Shown in pieces: positions 36,985 to 49,616 of a DNA stretch of 64,000 nt. Both the position numbers and the translations under genes were made by a program. This stretch comes from Ginglymostoma cirratum (Eukaryota): positions 12,756,620 through 12,820,619 of the forward strand of contig JAHRHZ010000133.1 of NCBI GenBank assembly GCA_024137785.1, given 5' to 3'. The stretch's first letter is position 1, and the number at the start of each line of letters is the position of its first letter. Below the pieces are notes generated by a model. That model did no database searches and was not told where the DNA came from. It saw nothing but the letters and a program-made list of their open reading frames with translations.

Positions 36985-38957
36985 ATCCCAATGAGCATGG
37001 GCCATTACAATGAAAAAGATATTCGTAAAAGTGACAAGAAAAGTACAGAATTTTCAGAATGTTTTATACTGGCCAAAATGCAATCAAAGTGGCTTTGTTT
37101 GCATAAAGAAAGTATTTTAAAAAGTAACTCTATCCTTTGTTCATAAATGCAGGAAGTCACAGATCAATTTCTACTAAAATATAGCATCAGGTCACAAGTT
37201 TATTGTGAAATAAAGGACCTAGGCCTATTCACCCTCTTCCCAATCACCTTCACCTCCAACACACCCTGCAGACCGCCTGCCCAAAATGAATAAGATTGAT
37301 AAAGGTGGTTTTGATGGAATTGCCACCTTTAATGTTAGTGACAAACAAGCCATGGCTGCTACTGAATGATATTGGATACTTCAGGAACCCAAAAATAATA
37401 AATAGCTTTCCAAAAATAATGTTAACTGAAAATTGCGCGCTCATCTTTGACATAACGCAGGAACTGGCAGATGTACCATCTGTCTAAATCTGCAGGGACT
37501 GGGTGGTGCAGTCTGTTGAAATACTATCTGCTCCCCTTTGGAACAGGTTTTGTGTGCAAAGCAGGCCAAGAAACTTAAATCCTCCTCTCGCTGCCAGATG
37601 TAAGTGTCCCACAATACCACTCACTGAATAGGGAAAATGCAATTCATTGCTTTTCATACTTTCAAGGCCACTTATCGTGGTTTTCATGGAAATGTGCACG
37701 GATTGTGGAATGCAATCTCCAAGTCAATGTCACAATTCCAGGAGAGTTCTGTAATCCCATGGTATTACAGTGGAATTTTACTTATTCAGTCATTATAAAC
37801 CGGGGGCCTGCTTGTAAACAGATAGGAACAGAATGTAATCCTTAAACCCTCAGTAAAAATTCCAGATTCCATCAATATAGAAAAAATATACTGTTCACTA
37901 ATAAATTTAGCTCAATGTAGGAATTCTATGTTTTTTTTCATTATCTTTGAGTCCTAAAGTCCGGGGAAAATTACATTTACCTCAGCAAATAGTCAAAGTT
38001 CACTGCTTCCATTAAGCTCCATGTAACCCATCGGAATCTGCTGAATAGATTATTTTCAAGTATTGTTTATTCTGCAAATTTAATGCATGCTCAGATCATT
38101 AAGGCGGGATTCAAATGCAAGGACACATCTGCTATGCTGTGCAACTTCTATCTTTCATGCAGAGAATGAATGGATTAATGGGCTGGAGGATTAAAAATTA
38201 CACCTTCTTTGATTATATCTTGAAAAGTAGACTGGAGGCTGACTGTAATTCCCTCTGCTTCAACTGGAAAGCATCACACATGCAGGCCATTTGTCTTGAG
38301 GTGAACAACAACATATTATTTACTGTAATAATTTAATTTATGCAGAAGCAATATAAGACAGCAATGCAATACTTACATTTCACCAATCCAAAATGACAAT
38401 GCATTACAAAATTCTTATTGGTCAGCATCATTTACATTTACATTTGCTAATATGTTCCATTTCACAACAGTTATTTGTTTAGTATTCATTCTTGGGATAT
38501 GGATATTGCTGACTGGGTCAACATTTATTGCCCATCCCTAATTGCCCTTGAGTAATTGGTAGTGAGCTGTCTTCTTAAACATGCTGCAATTCATTTGGCG
38601 TAGGTGGGCACAGAATGCCATTAGGGAAGGAGTTCCACCTTTTTGAAGAAATGGTGATAAATTTCCAAGTCGGGCGATTGGCTTTGAGAGGAAGTTTCAG
38701 GTGGTGGAATTCCCAAGTATCTGTCATCCTTGTCTATCTAAGTGGAAGTGGTTGTGGGGTTAGAAAGTGCTAGCTTTGGTGAATTTTTGCAATGCATCGT
38801 GTAGATAGTTCACACTGTTGCTGCAAAGTGTCGATGGTGGGTGGAATTTGTGTTGTGCAAGCATTGATGAACATCCTCATTTTTGACCTTACAATGGAGG
38901 GAAGGTAATTGATGAAAAAGCTGAAGATGACTGTGCCTAGGACACTACCTGAGGAAT

Positions 38958-39058
38958 GCAGTCTCTTGTGGCTCTGTGGTAATGTCCTTACCTGTGGATC
39001 AGGAGGCTCCAGAGTTGTGTAATAACATCTCTGAACAGATTAATTAGAAAATATCTAC
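38958..39058 (+). mobile_element. Short tRNA-like SINE nested in the LINE
   Basis: gtggctctgtggtaatgtccttacc...ctccagag..tgtaataacatctctgaacag; imperfect flanking repeat ctac(c)ctga. Confidence 0.45.
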
Positions 39059-39641
39059 CCTGAAGCACACTAGCACAGACGCCTTGGAGCTCAGGTGACT
39101 TTCAATTAAGTACGGCTTCAACCAGCAGAGAGTAAACTCATGATTCCCATTGACTTCAGTTTTGCTAGGACTCCTTGGTGGCTGGCTGTCTTGCTGGTGA
39201 GACAAGACTTACCCAGGGATTTGTAATGCTGCATCTGGGACATTGTCTGCAAGGTATGATTCTGAGAGTATGACTGTGTCAGGCTATTGTTTAACTAGAC
39301 AGCTCTCCCAAATTAGGCACTAGGCCATCGGTATTAGTACAAAAGACTTTGCAGGTTAATGGGGCTATGTTTGCTGTTATCAGTGCCTTAGGCGCAATGC
39401 CTAGTGGTCTGTCCAGTTTTAAACTTTGTTTTGGAACAACTAAGTGCCTTACTAAGCTATTTCAGATGTTAGCTAAGAGTAAATCACACTTCTGTGGGTC
39501 TGGACTCACATATAAGCAAGACCATGTAAGTTTAGTAGCTCCATTCTCTGAAGGACATTAGTGAACCAGATGGGTTTTTAGAACAATCGCTACCATTTCA
39601 TGGTCATCATTAGGCCTTTCATTCCAGATTTATTTTATTGA

Positions 39642-39752
39642 ATGGGCTTCAGATTGGTTTGATGGGCTTCAGATTGGTTTCACAGGTCGGTGCAACATCG
39701 AGGGCCGAAGGGCCTGTACTGCGCTGTAGTGTTCTATGTTCTATGCTCTATG
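39642..39752 (+). mobile_element. Young, extremely 5'-truncated CR1 tail with a 19-bp tandem duplication
   Basis: (atgggcttcagattggttt)x2, then cacaggtcggtgcaacatcgagggccgaagggcctgtactgcgctgtagtg(ttctatg)n; CpGs retained. Confidence 0.8.
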
Positions 39753-40544
39753 AATTCAAATTCCACAATCTGCCATGGTGTGACTTGATCCTCGGATCAT
39801 AACATGGGTCTATGGAAAACGATCTACCAACAACGCCACGAGGCCATCACCTCCTCATGCCAAGTTTAGGAAACAGCATTTATGAAATGGTTAACCTGCT
39901 GCACAAATATGTTATCCATCTTTTCAATTCCTTGAATGTATTTCTCAGATACCTGAGGATGCTCTGGGCATATAACTGTCTATTAATCAAGATCAAAGAC
40001 GATATTTGAACATAATTGTCTTCTTAGTTAATGAGTAGTGATATGGTCTGTGCTGTCAGGGACTGCAAATGTACTCAATGAAGTTTGATGTTGATAGATG
40101 ATCCATTACATATTTTAAATATGGAGGTTAGACTTCTTGGAGTTGCCACTGCTCTCCTGTTACATCTCTTCTTCTGAGAGTTTCCAATTTGTTCCGTTGC
40201 ATGACAGATTTATACCTACTCTTTCTATCGGGGGATAGAGCCTCAGCAGAGGACTCCTTGGTCCAAGAGTTTCTGATAGAGAAACAGTCAGTTTACCCAA
40301 AGAATGGCAGCATTGTTGAATGGTCCATCCACTTACGGGGTTGTGGACAATGTTATTAATTTTTGGAGCGACGTACTAACTCCCTACCCACAACATCCCG
40401 TGCCAAAATTGTCAGCAATGAGAAAGGCAGGCATCAGGCAATGCAACACATTTTCTTCTGATGTCTGTACATCAGCTCACCTTGACACCTATCTAACCGA
40501 AAAGTGAGGATAGAATCATCAGTGACCTTCATTCATTGGGTATA

Positions 40545-42465
40545 TCACAGCAGTTATTCACTGGAATAATAATCCAGAGGTCTCCAGGTTAATGATCTGG
40601 AGACACAAATTCAAATCCTATCTTAGAAGCTGAGGAATTTAACTTAATTAAAATATACCCATCATAAAAAAGATAATATCAGAAGCGGTGACTATGAAAC
40701 TACCTGATGTATAAAAACACATCTGGTTCAATAATATGAGATAACAAGGTGTAGACCTGGATGAACACAGCAGGCCAAGCAACATCAGAGGAGCAGGAAA
40801 GCTTGACTTTTCGGGCCTAGACCTGTCTTCAGAAATGCTGAAGAAGGGTCTAGGCCCGAAACGTCAGCTTTCCTGCTCCTCTGATGCTGCTTGGCCTGCT
40901 GTGTTCATCCAGCTCTACACCTTGTTATCTCAGATTCTCCAGCATCTGCAGTTCCTACTACCTCTGGTTCAATAATGTCCTTATCCAGTCTGACCTACGA
41001 TGTGTCTCCTGACTCACAGCATCATGGCTGACACTTAGCTACCTTCTAACATGACGTAGAAAATCACTCAGTTGTATCAAAACCTAATAAGAATATAACA
41101 GGATCAACCCATGCATCAGGAATGATAAAGACATATCTTGCCCAGGCAAACTTGCAATGTTCTCCTCACTAACACTTGTTTCAAAGCTGTGAGTTCTAGC
41201 CACAAATTAGTCTGATGTAGTCACACTCATGCACTCACCTAGCACAGACGGCAGCAGCACATGGCATACTATCAGCTGGGAGAGGTCTAGGAAGTCTACA
41301 ACATTGACGCTGGACTACATGAGGTCTCCTAGCATCAGGTCTAACAACACAGCAATCAAACAATCTATTGATTACTACGTACCGCCTTCCACCTTGGCTA
41401 ATCAATTAGTACCTCTTAGTGTTGAGTGTTGTTTATAAGAAATACTGAAGTTAACATTGGCATTAGAATATATTCTTAATGTGTGAACTTTGTCCATCAC
41501 AAAGTTTGGCCTGTTAGCATCACTACTGACTGAAGTTGCCGTGTTATGACGGATATATCAGCCAGAGTAGGTTAATGGCAGGTAGTGAAATAATTAACAT
41601 GAGGGAAAAGCATATTGACCTCATCGTTGTATGTATCCATGGCAATGGTTGGTAGGAGTGATTGCCACATGTCTTTTCGCTTTGCACTGTGAATTCCATC
41701 CAATGGATTGTATTACATTACCATTACCCGAAATGAGATAGAGTCAGAACAGATCTTGGGCAGAACTCAGACCTGGGCATCTACGAAATGTTGTGAACAT
41801 CCAGCTGTGGCAGCAGAATTCTACTCGCCCACAATCTGAACTCTCATGGCCCAGCAAATCTATCATTCAAACATTATTATCAAGTCAGGGAACCTATCCT
41901 TACTTCATGATAACAGCATACCAGAGGTCTATAAATAAGGTTCTAACCTGGAAAAGCAGAAGGCTACGGAGCGAGCTAAGCCCATGTTCCATGGATTAAA
42001 ACTAGCCTCAGCAGTCTTGCACTTATGATCATGAATGTTGATGGACAATGAAACAAATAATAGGAGGAGGAGCCTCCCAGAACATTTAGATTCTTAACAA
42101 TTGTGGAATCCAAGACCTTAGTGCAAAAGATGAGGCTGGATTATTTGTGACAATTTGCCAGGGCTTCTTTGATAGCTCCTTTCAAAACTGTCAGTTTTAC
42201 CTCCTGGAAGAACAATAGTTGCATGAGAACAGCACCATTCGCAAGTTCACCTTCCTGTCACAGACTACCCTGATTTGGAAATATTGCTTCATCATCGCTG
42301 AGTTAAAATCCTGGAACACATCCACCCCATAAAAGTGTCTTGTGTGTATCTACACCACATGTACTGCAGTGGTTCAAGAAGGCAGCTCACCACCATCTTC
42401 TCAAGGTCAATTAGAAATGGATCATTAATGCTGGTCTAGCCACTGATGCTCACTTACCATGAATA
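40545..42465 (+). mobile_element. Second LINE copy: tRNA/SINE head + central domain + APE ORF + 3' tail
   Basis: Head ..taatccagagg..ttcaaatcc; catctggttcaataatgtcc domain; APE CNVLLTN, SDVVTL, NIDAGLHEVS*HQV, LLITTYRLP; tail attaatgctggtctagcc..catgaat. Confidence 0.78.
40736..40962. mobile_element. Near-perfect palindromic Penelope pLTR pair with a hammerhead core
   Basis: TSD tctggttcaataat at 40722-40735 and 40963-40976; CUGAAGA..GAAACGUC at 40838-40865. Confidence 0.92.
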
Positions 42466-43179
42466 TTTTTTTAAAAGGTTAGCTGTGGTTCAAAACATAT
42501 TTGACCATCCAAAGATTCACACCATGAGGACGTAAACTTGATTGCAATTTAACTGACTACACTGATGTGTTTGAGGGTGAGCCAGATAGATACAGAAGGA
42601 ATAAAATATTATGCTGATGAGATGAGATCCAAGTGGGAAGGGAGGAGGCTCTTGTGGAGTGTAAACACTATCATGGAACTGTTTATGTGGTTCACCCTTC
42701 AGATGTTCAAGACTAGAGTTTAATGGGAGTCTTCTCAGAAACAGATACATTGTATACCATTTACAAATCTGAGTAAACTAGCCTTAAATGATCTCGTACA
42801 GAGGATTCCCCACATTAAATACAAGGCACATTGAATACATTGCTGTTAATCTGGGCAGGCACCTTCAAATTACATACAGAAGTCAAGAATATCTCATCTG
42901 GTGTATTTCCTATCAATCATGACCTGGTGATACTGGACATGTCACTAGCATCCAGCGTTGCTGTGGCGACGTTTTTTAAAGGACATTTTTTTGAAATCGA
43001 TGTTTAAAATCAACGTGGCGACGTTTTTAAAATCCCATTTAAAGGGCATAGTCATGCTATCAATCACAGGGAAATCAGCATTGTAACAGGCAATTCAACC
43101 TAACCGGTCTTTGTATGGCTTCATTCTCCACTTAAGCCTCCTTCCATCTTCCTTCATCTCCTCCCACTTTATGAATTGA

Positions 43180-43285
43180 GTTTAAGTTCCACCAGCTGCT
43201 GTTGGCGAAATTTGAGCCCATGTCCTCAGAACATTAGCCTGGGCTTTTGGAACACTAGTCCAGCAACATTACCGCTATGCAACTG
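43180..43285 (-). mobile_element. Isolated tRNA-derived head of the SINE/LINE family
   Basis: ttccaccagctgct..tttgagcccatgtcctcagaacattagcctggg..ctagtccagcaacattacc. Confidence 0.6.
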
Positions 43286-43679
43286 TTGTTGCTACATATA
43301 TCCTATAAACTCCACGTTGGGGAACCCTGCCAAATCTATTCAAATGATCATACACTGATATTGGTAAGGTTCAGGGGTGTCAAGTGGAGGGAGATATTCC
43401 CCCTCCATCGTGCACTGGAATTCTGCCAAAGCAGAACGTTACTCTTAATATCAGATACTGTCATCATAAATGGCAAAGCTAGGTTTGTCACAAAAATGAA
43501 GCTGCACAAACTTGTAGCAAATCTATGAATGCAAATACCAGCATACGTGATTCCTTTATTCAAAATGGGGGGTACAGATAGAAAGCAGGACACTGTAGGC
43601 TACTTAGCTTAACAGTTGCCATAGGAAATTAAAGAAATTAAGGATGGACACGAACATTCATTCAAAGTAGAAGCAGATT

Positions 43680-44925
43680 CAACATGATTTCATGAAAGGG
43701 AATTTTGATTGTTGATTTTTTTCAAGGAATTAACATGCTGTAAGTAAAGGACAACTGGTGAGTTAACTGTATTTAGATTTCAGAAGTCATTTTATGTAAC
43801 TGTTACTGCAGAAAATAAAAATTCATTATGTAGTGATTCGCATTTTGGCATAGCTCAAAGATTGGCTAGAAACAAGAAGCAGTGAATAGGCATAAGATTG
43901 TCTTTTTCAGGTTGGCAGGAGTGGTGTGTGACAGGGATTGGTGCTGGGACCCCATCAATTTACGATTCATATAAATTACTTTAGTGAAGGGACAAAAAGA
44001 CTGATTGCCAAATTTTCTGATGATGCAAAGATGGTGGGAAAATATTCTTTGAAGACAACAAAAAGATTTATGAAGATATAGATAAGGTAATTGAGTGAGC
44101 AAAAGTGTGACTAATGTGGGATAATGTGAAATTGTCCATTTTGGCAGAAAGAACAGACCATGTAAATAGTAAGAGATTGTAGAGTCTAGATATGCAGAGG
44201 GATGAGTGTACCAGTGCATGAGTCATGAGAAGTTAAGTATACAGGTATAGCAAATAATTAGGAAAACCAATTATGTTATGAATATTATCATTTGAATGAA
44301 TGTCACCATTTACTTTGAGGGGAATTGAATAAAGAAGAAGAAAGGTTCCATTCAGTTAAACAGGGGCCTGGAGAAACCACATGTGGAGCACTGCGTGCGC
44401 TATTGGTCACCTTATTTAAGGAAAGATGTCAATGCATTTGAAGCAGTTCAAAACAGACCAGTACTTGGGATAAGTGGGCTGTTTTATTAAGAAAGGTTGG
44501 ACAGGCTAGATTTGTATCTGCTGGAGTTTAGAAGAATAAAGGCGTAACTTCAACATAAGATCCTGAAGTGTTGTAACAGGTAGGTGCGCAGAGGATGCTT
44601 TTTCTTATGGGAGAATCCAGAACTGGGGAATCACTGTTTAAGAATCAGGGTTTAGCCTTTAAAACAGTGATTAGACATTTTTATTCCTTTCTGTGGGTCT
44701 TGAGTCATTGGAACTCTCTCTCTGAAAAGATGATAGAAGCAGAGGCTTTGAAAGTGCTTAATGTAAATAAATTCTTGTTAAACAAAGGGTGAATTGTTAT
44801 CAGGGATCGGTGGAAATGTGAATTTGAGGTTTCAATCAAGTAGGCCATGATCTTATTAAATAGTGGAGCAGGCTCGAGGGACTGATTGGCCTACTCTTGC
44901 TCCTTAAATGCATGTTCATATGTTC
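43680..44925 (+). mobile_element. Old CR1 LINE RT plus tail
   Basis: tatttagatttcagaag (YLDF), aaattttctgatgatgcaaag (KFSDDAK), tail gtggagcaggctcgaggg..ggcctactcttgctcct. Confidence 0.85.
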
Positions 44926-46857
44926 AGATACAAAATTAAATGTTCTGTCATTTTAGCAAATTTCTTATTCTGCTTGGTTTAAAAACTTTGTTAAAAAGAG
45001 GAAAAGGAATTTTAAGCCAGTAAATTAATATTCCCCTTGTCAATATTGCACAATGCAGTTTCAATCCATATCATTTCTTCATGATTGGGAACAGTTGATT
45101 TGGGAGTCAGGGAGCTGGATCTTAATGCCCAGCACAAGGTAGGGGTAGTTTAATTTGTTATCTTTCCCCACAGAGAGCTGTCAGATAATAATGTTCTTCC
45201 ACTGACCTCATTCATTAAGCATGTTCTTGTAGCTGAGTGAGTGTGTGGAGCTAAACTCAAGGGTTCTGCTTCACCTCCTCTGCCCTCCACAATAAATGAT
45301 GGTATTCTGTGGTGAAAGAAAATTGTACAAACTAAATAATACGAAAGCTCAGTGGCTGGGATTTAATATAGACGCCGTAGCCCTGATTTCAGGCTTGATA
45401 TGTCGAGTGTGGGTAACGGGGGTAGGTAGTGGTGTACGTGACTCTATCTCTGCTAGATCAGGACGTTGCAATAATTTTACAGTTATCCCGTCTCAAGGCA
45501 GGATTTCCTTCTCCATCTGAAAGTCAAATGGCCAGCAGCTCTTTAGTCCCAGCAGAGCTACCAGGAACGAACACTAACGAAACGAATCACTGTTTGAAAA
45601 AGAGATGCCATGCATCTGGCCTAAACATTAGCGAGGTTTTCAGGTCAGGCTTACTGGCAGACCCTGACGGCATGAAGGAGGGATAGGGATGCTGAAGTTG
45701 AGAGGTGTTGCCAGGGGTGCTGGGGGTCCCTGCTGGGTAGAGGCAGATGTCCCAGCTCACATTGATATCTCCTTCATTGTAACAGTGGCAATGTATGGTC
45801 CATCAATTATCCTATAGGTTTTTGGGCTCCCTGATGCCTCCTCTATTGCAGGTAAATTCCCAGTGGGGGCAGACGGGTGATGGCATACTGTTGCTCCCTT
45901 GGCATCAATTTTGAACCGAACAGTAGGGTAGGGGTAGGGCCTGTTGAATCCATGCAGCTAGTGTGTTTTTATGATAGCACTCTGTGCACTTTACCCACGA
46001 TGAACCACTTTTCCACCATAACAGCTCCTTGTTTTTATATAACACCTTTAACAGAACAATTCACGGGAACATTATAGAGCAAAGTTGTTTTGACCAGAAG
46101 AAAGCGAGCTGGCTCCCCTCTCTCAAACTCCTCATTTGAATGAGGCTATAGGTCTCTTCAATGAACTATGTGGTAAACTATTTCTGCTGCGAGCAACGAG
46201 AAGCCCAATCAACAAGAATTTCTTAAAACAAAGAAAGAGCTAATTTATTAAATATTAAACCTGAGGAAAATTATAAACATCAAGCGTGGGGTATTTGTGT
46301 GCTGCAGCAGGGACCCAGATCACAGTTACAACAGTCTGCATCTCAGAGCTGTGCACATGTGTTCACAGCATTCGCTCACTTAGCACCTACCTGCGTCTAC
46401 ACCTTGCCATGTCAATTAGCGTTATCACATGAGAAGGCATCTTGCCTTGTTTGTCAGCAGTCCACATTCAAAGGAGTGTACATGTTGCTGCTGTACAGCA
46501 TTGTGCTATTTGAATCTCATACCCGAACCATGTCTCAAAGTCTTAGGGGAGTAGTCCTCACTGAAACATCTGTCCGTCAGGGGATCCTGGCATAGTAAGT
46601 CAAGGGCAGTAGCCTCCCTACCCGTCCAGGGGATTGTCTATGGTCAGGTTTCCACTGAAGATGTTCTCAGTCAGGAGTCCATATTTCTGCAGTGTAGGGA
46701 GTGGGTCAAGGTCAGTCCTGTGTCTCCATGGCTGCCTGTCTGGGCTTCAGGGTTAAAATGGTCAGGTAGATGTACACATATCAATCAGGGGTCTGGATAC
46801 ATCTCGTCCAGGTTTGAGTGCTCAGCTCATTGAAAGGGTAGGCCCTGGTCAGTCCAT

Positions 46858-48838
46858 CGAAATTCCTCCTCATCTAAAGTGTTGTCCCTTCACTTTGAGG
46901 CTGGGCCCTCAGGTCTTAGTTTCTACCACTTCTACTACTTCTCCAGATCCACTGTCTCAGTATTCAGCAAGTTTCAATCAGGTCAACCTCCTCATCCTTC
47001 TAAACTCCATCAACTATAGGCCAGAGTCCTCAACCACTCCTCATATCATAAGCCCTTCATTCCCGGGATCATTCTTGCAAACTTCCTCTGGAGTTCCTCC
47101 TAGGCTAGCACATCTTTCTTTAGGGGCCCAAAACTATTCACAATATTCCAAATGTAATCTGACCAGAGCCTTATACAGCCTCAGCAGTACATCCCTTCTC
47201 TTGTTTTCTAGCCTCTTGAAATGAATGTTAACATTTTGATCACTGACTTCAGACTGAGGCTGAGAGAGTGGAGAGCGCCAAGTTCCTCAGCGTGATGGTA
47301 ACCGACAACCTGTCCTGGATTTCCCATTTAAATGTGACAGTCAAGAAGGTACAACAACATCTCTTCTTCCTCGAGCAGCTCAGGAAATTTGGCATGTTCA
47401 TAAGGACCTTCACCAACTTCTACAGATGCACAATTGAAAGCATATTGTCCGGGTGCACAACGGCTTGGTGTAGCAACTTCTCTGATGAGGACCATAAGAA
47501 ACTACAGAATGTGGTGTGCACAGCCCAAACTATCACAGAAACCAACCTTCCATGCATGGACTCTATTTACATGGCTTGCTGCCACGGAAAGGCTGCCAGC
47601 ATCATCAAAGACCCATCGCACCCTGGTAATGATCTCCTACAACCTCTTCCATCAGGCAGAAGGTACAGAAGCCTGAACACACGAGGCAGCAGGTTCAGTA
47701 ACAGCTTCTTCCAGGCCACTATCAGGCTGATGAATGTACTCTCTAGCCTCAAATGATGCTGACCTTGCTAATGTTGATTTTGCCTAGCACACACCCTGTG
47801 CAATGTGACCTGTATGCCTCTGTCTAAGTCTTTTTGATCTGTACATCCAAGCTTACTATGATCTGCCTGTTCTGCTAGTAAACAAAGCTTTTCACTGTAC
47901 TTCAGTGCATGTGGCATAAATAAATCGATCAAATATTGTATTTGCCTTCGTAACTGTTAAATGAAACTGCCTATTAACCTTCAGAGAATACTTAACTAGG
48001 ACTGCTAAGTCCCTTTGTGCTTCAGCTTTCTACCCAAGAGCATAATCTCACACTTTCCCATATTGTGTTCTGCCTACTACTTCTTTGCTCACTCTTCTAG
48101 TCTGTCCAACTCCTTTGCAGCCTCACTGCCTCCTCAACACTGCCTGCTCCTCCACATAATTTTACATCATCTTAAAAAGTATGAACTATGCCCTCAGTTT
48201 CTTTGTCCACATCATTACTGTACAATGTGAATAGCTGTGGTCCCAATACGGACTCTTGTGGGACTTCAGGGGTCACTGGTTGCCATCCTGAAAGAGACCC
48301 CTTTATCCTCAGCTTCTGCCTTTTGCCAGTCAGCCAATTGTTTATCCATGCCGGTATCTTGCCCCTAACGCCATGGGCTCTTATCTTATTTAGCAGTCAT
48401 CTGCGCAGCACCTTGTCAAAGGCCATCTAGAAATCCAAATCAATCATGTTCACCGTCTCTCCTTTGTCTAACTTGCTCATTACGTCTGCAAAGAATTCTA
48501 ACAGATTTTTCAGGCATGAATGCCCCTTTGACAAAGCCTCGCTGACTCAGCCCTATTTTACCAAGCACTTCCAAGTCCTCTGCAATCTCACTCTTAATAA
48601 TGGACTCTAAAATTTTACTGAAGACCAAGGTCAGGCTAACCGGCCTATATTTTCCCATCTTTTGCCTTCCAGCTTTCTTAGACAGGGGTGTAACATTAGC
48701 TATTTTCCAGTCCTCTGGGACCCTCTCTAACTCCCGTGATTCCTGAAGATCACCACCAATGCCTCCACAATCTCCTTAGCTATCTCCTTCAGAACCTTGC
48801 AGTGTAGTCCATCCAGCCTGGGTGATATACCCACCTCC
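46858..48838 (-). mobile_element. CR1 LINE interrupted by Rex1
   Basis: GKYRPVSLTLVFSKILESIIK..SQRGFVKG; SPRLDGLHCKVLKEIAKEIVEALVVIF. Confidence 0.9.
47236..47932 (+). mobile_element. Rex1/Babar LINE 3' fragment (ORF 47268-47756)
   Basis: VESAKFLSVMVTDNLSW..KKVQQHLFFL..LRKF..FYRCTIESILS..DPSHPG..LPSGRRYRS; TSD-like aacatt/aatatt. Confidence 0.92.
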
Positions 48839-49112
48839 CTGAAGCCATGATCGGTCTCGATGGGCGAACATCTGACTTTTAGCCCAGAATGGGGGCTCCC
48901 CATTTTCACAAAGCATTTTGCTAGTCCTTTTTTTTTGAGTTCACTTATCATTTTTTTGATATAGATGGGCTGGCAGGTTCAATCCTTCTCTTTGCATAAT
49001 AAGTTGCAGATTTAAGTCTTTGTTCCAAAATAAAAACTGGAGTCTCGTCCAATACAGAGCCATTTGAAGGTCTCATTGTTAGCTGGACATTCCCCAAATG
49101 GTGAATTTTAAT

Positions 49113-49616
49113 AAAAACCAAAAGAACTGTGGATGCTGTNNNNNNNNNNNNNNNNNNNNNNNNNNNNNNNNNNNNNNNNNNNNNNNNNNNNNNNNNNNNN
49201 NNNNNNNNNNNNNNNNNNNNNNNNNNNNNNNNNNNNNNNNNNNNNNNNNNNNNNNNNNNNNNNNNNNNNNNNNNNNNNNNNNNNNNNNNNNNNNNNNNNN
49301 NNNNNNNNNNNNNNNNNNNNNNNNNNNNNNNNNNNNNNNNNNNNNNNNNNNNNNNNNNNNNNNNNNNNNNNNNNNNNNNNNNNNNNNNNNNNNNNNNNNN
49401 NNNNNNNNNNNNNNNNNNNNNNNNNNNNNNNNNNNNNNNNNNNNNNNNNNNNNNNNNNNNNNNNNNNNNNNNNNNNNNNNNNNNNNNNNNNNNNNNNNNN
49501 NNNNNNNNNNNNNNNNNNNNNNNNNNNNNNNNNNNNNNNGACCCAAAACGTTAACTCTGATTTTTTTTCTTCACAGATACTGCCAGACCTGCTGAGCTTT
49601 CCCAGCAACTTCTGGT
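49113..49616. mobile_element. Penelope-like insertion (another subfamily) spanning a 400-N gap (49140-49539)
   Basis: Opposite-orientation termini; TSD gtgaattttaat at 49101-49112 and 49617-49628. Confidence 0.8.

Larger units (their letters stand above)
38483..39855 (-). mobile_element. Internally deleted LINE: tRNA/SINE head + central domain + APE N-terminus + RT remnants + 3' tail
   Basis: Head at ~39760-39855; central domain ~39450-39600; APE CKVFCTNTDGLVPNLGELS..LVKQ*PDTVILSESYLADNVPD at ~39200-39352; tail at 38483. Confidence 0.8.
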
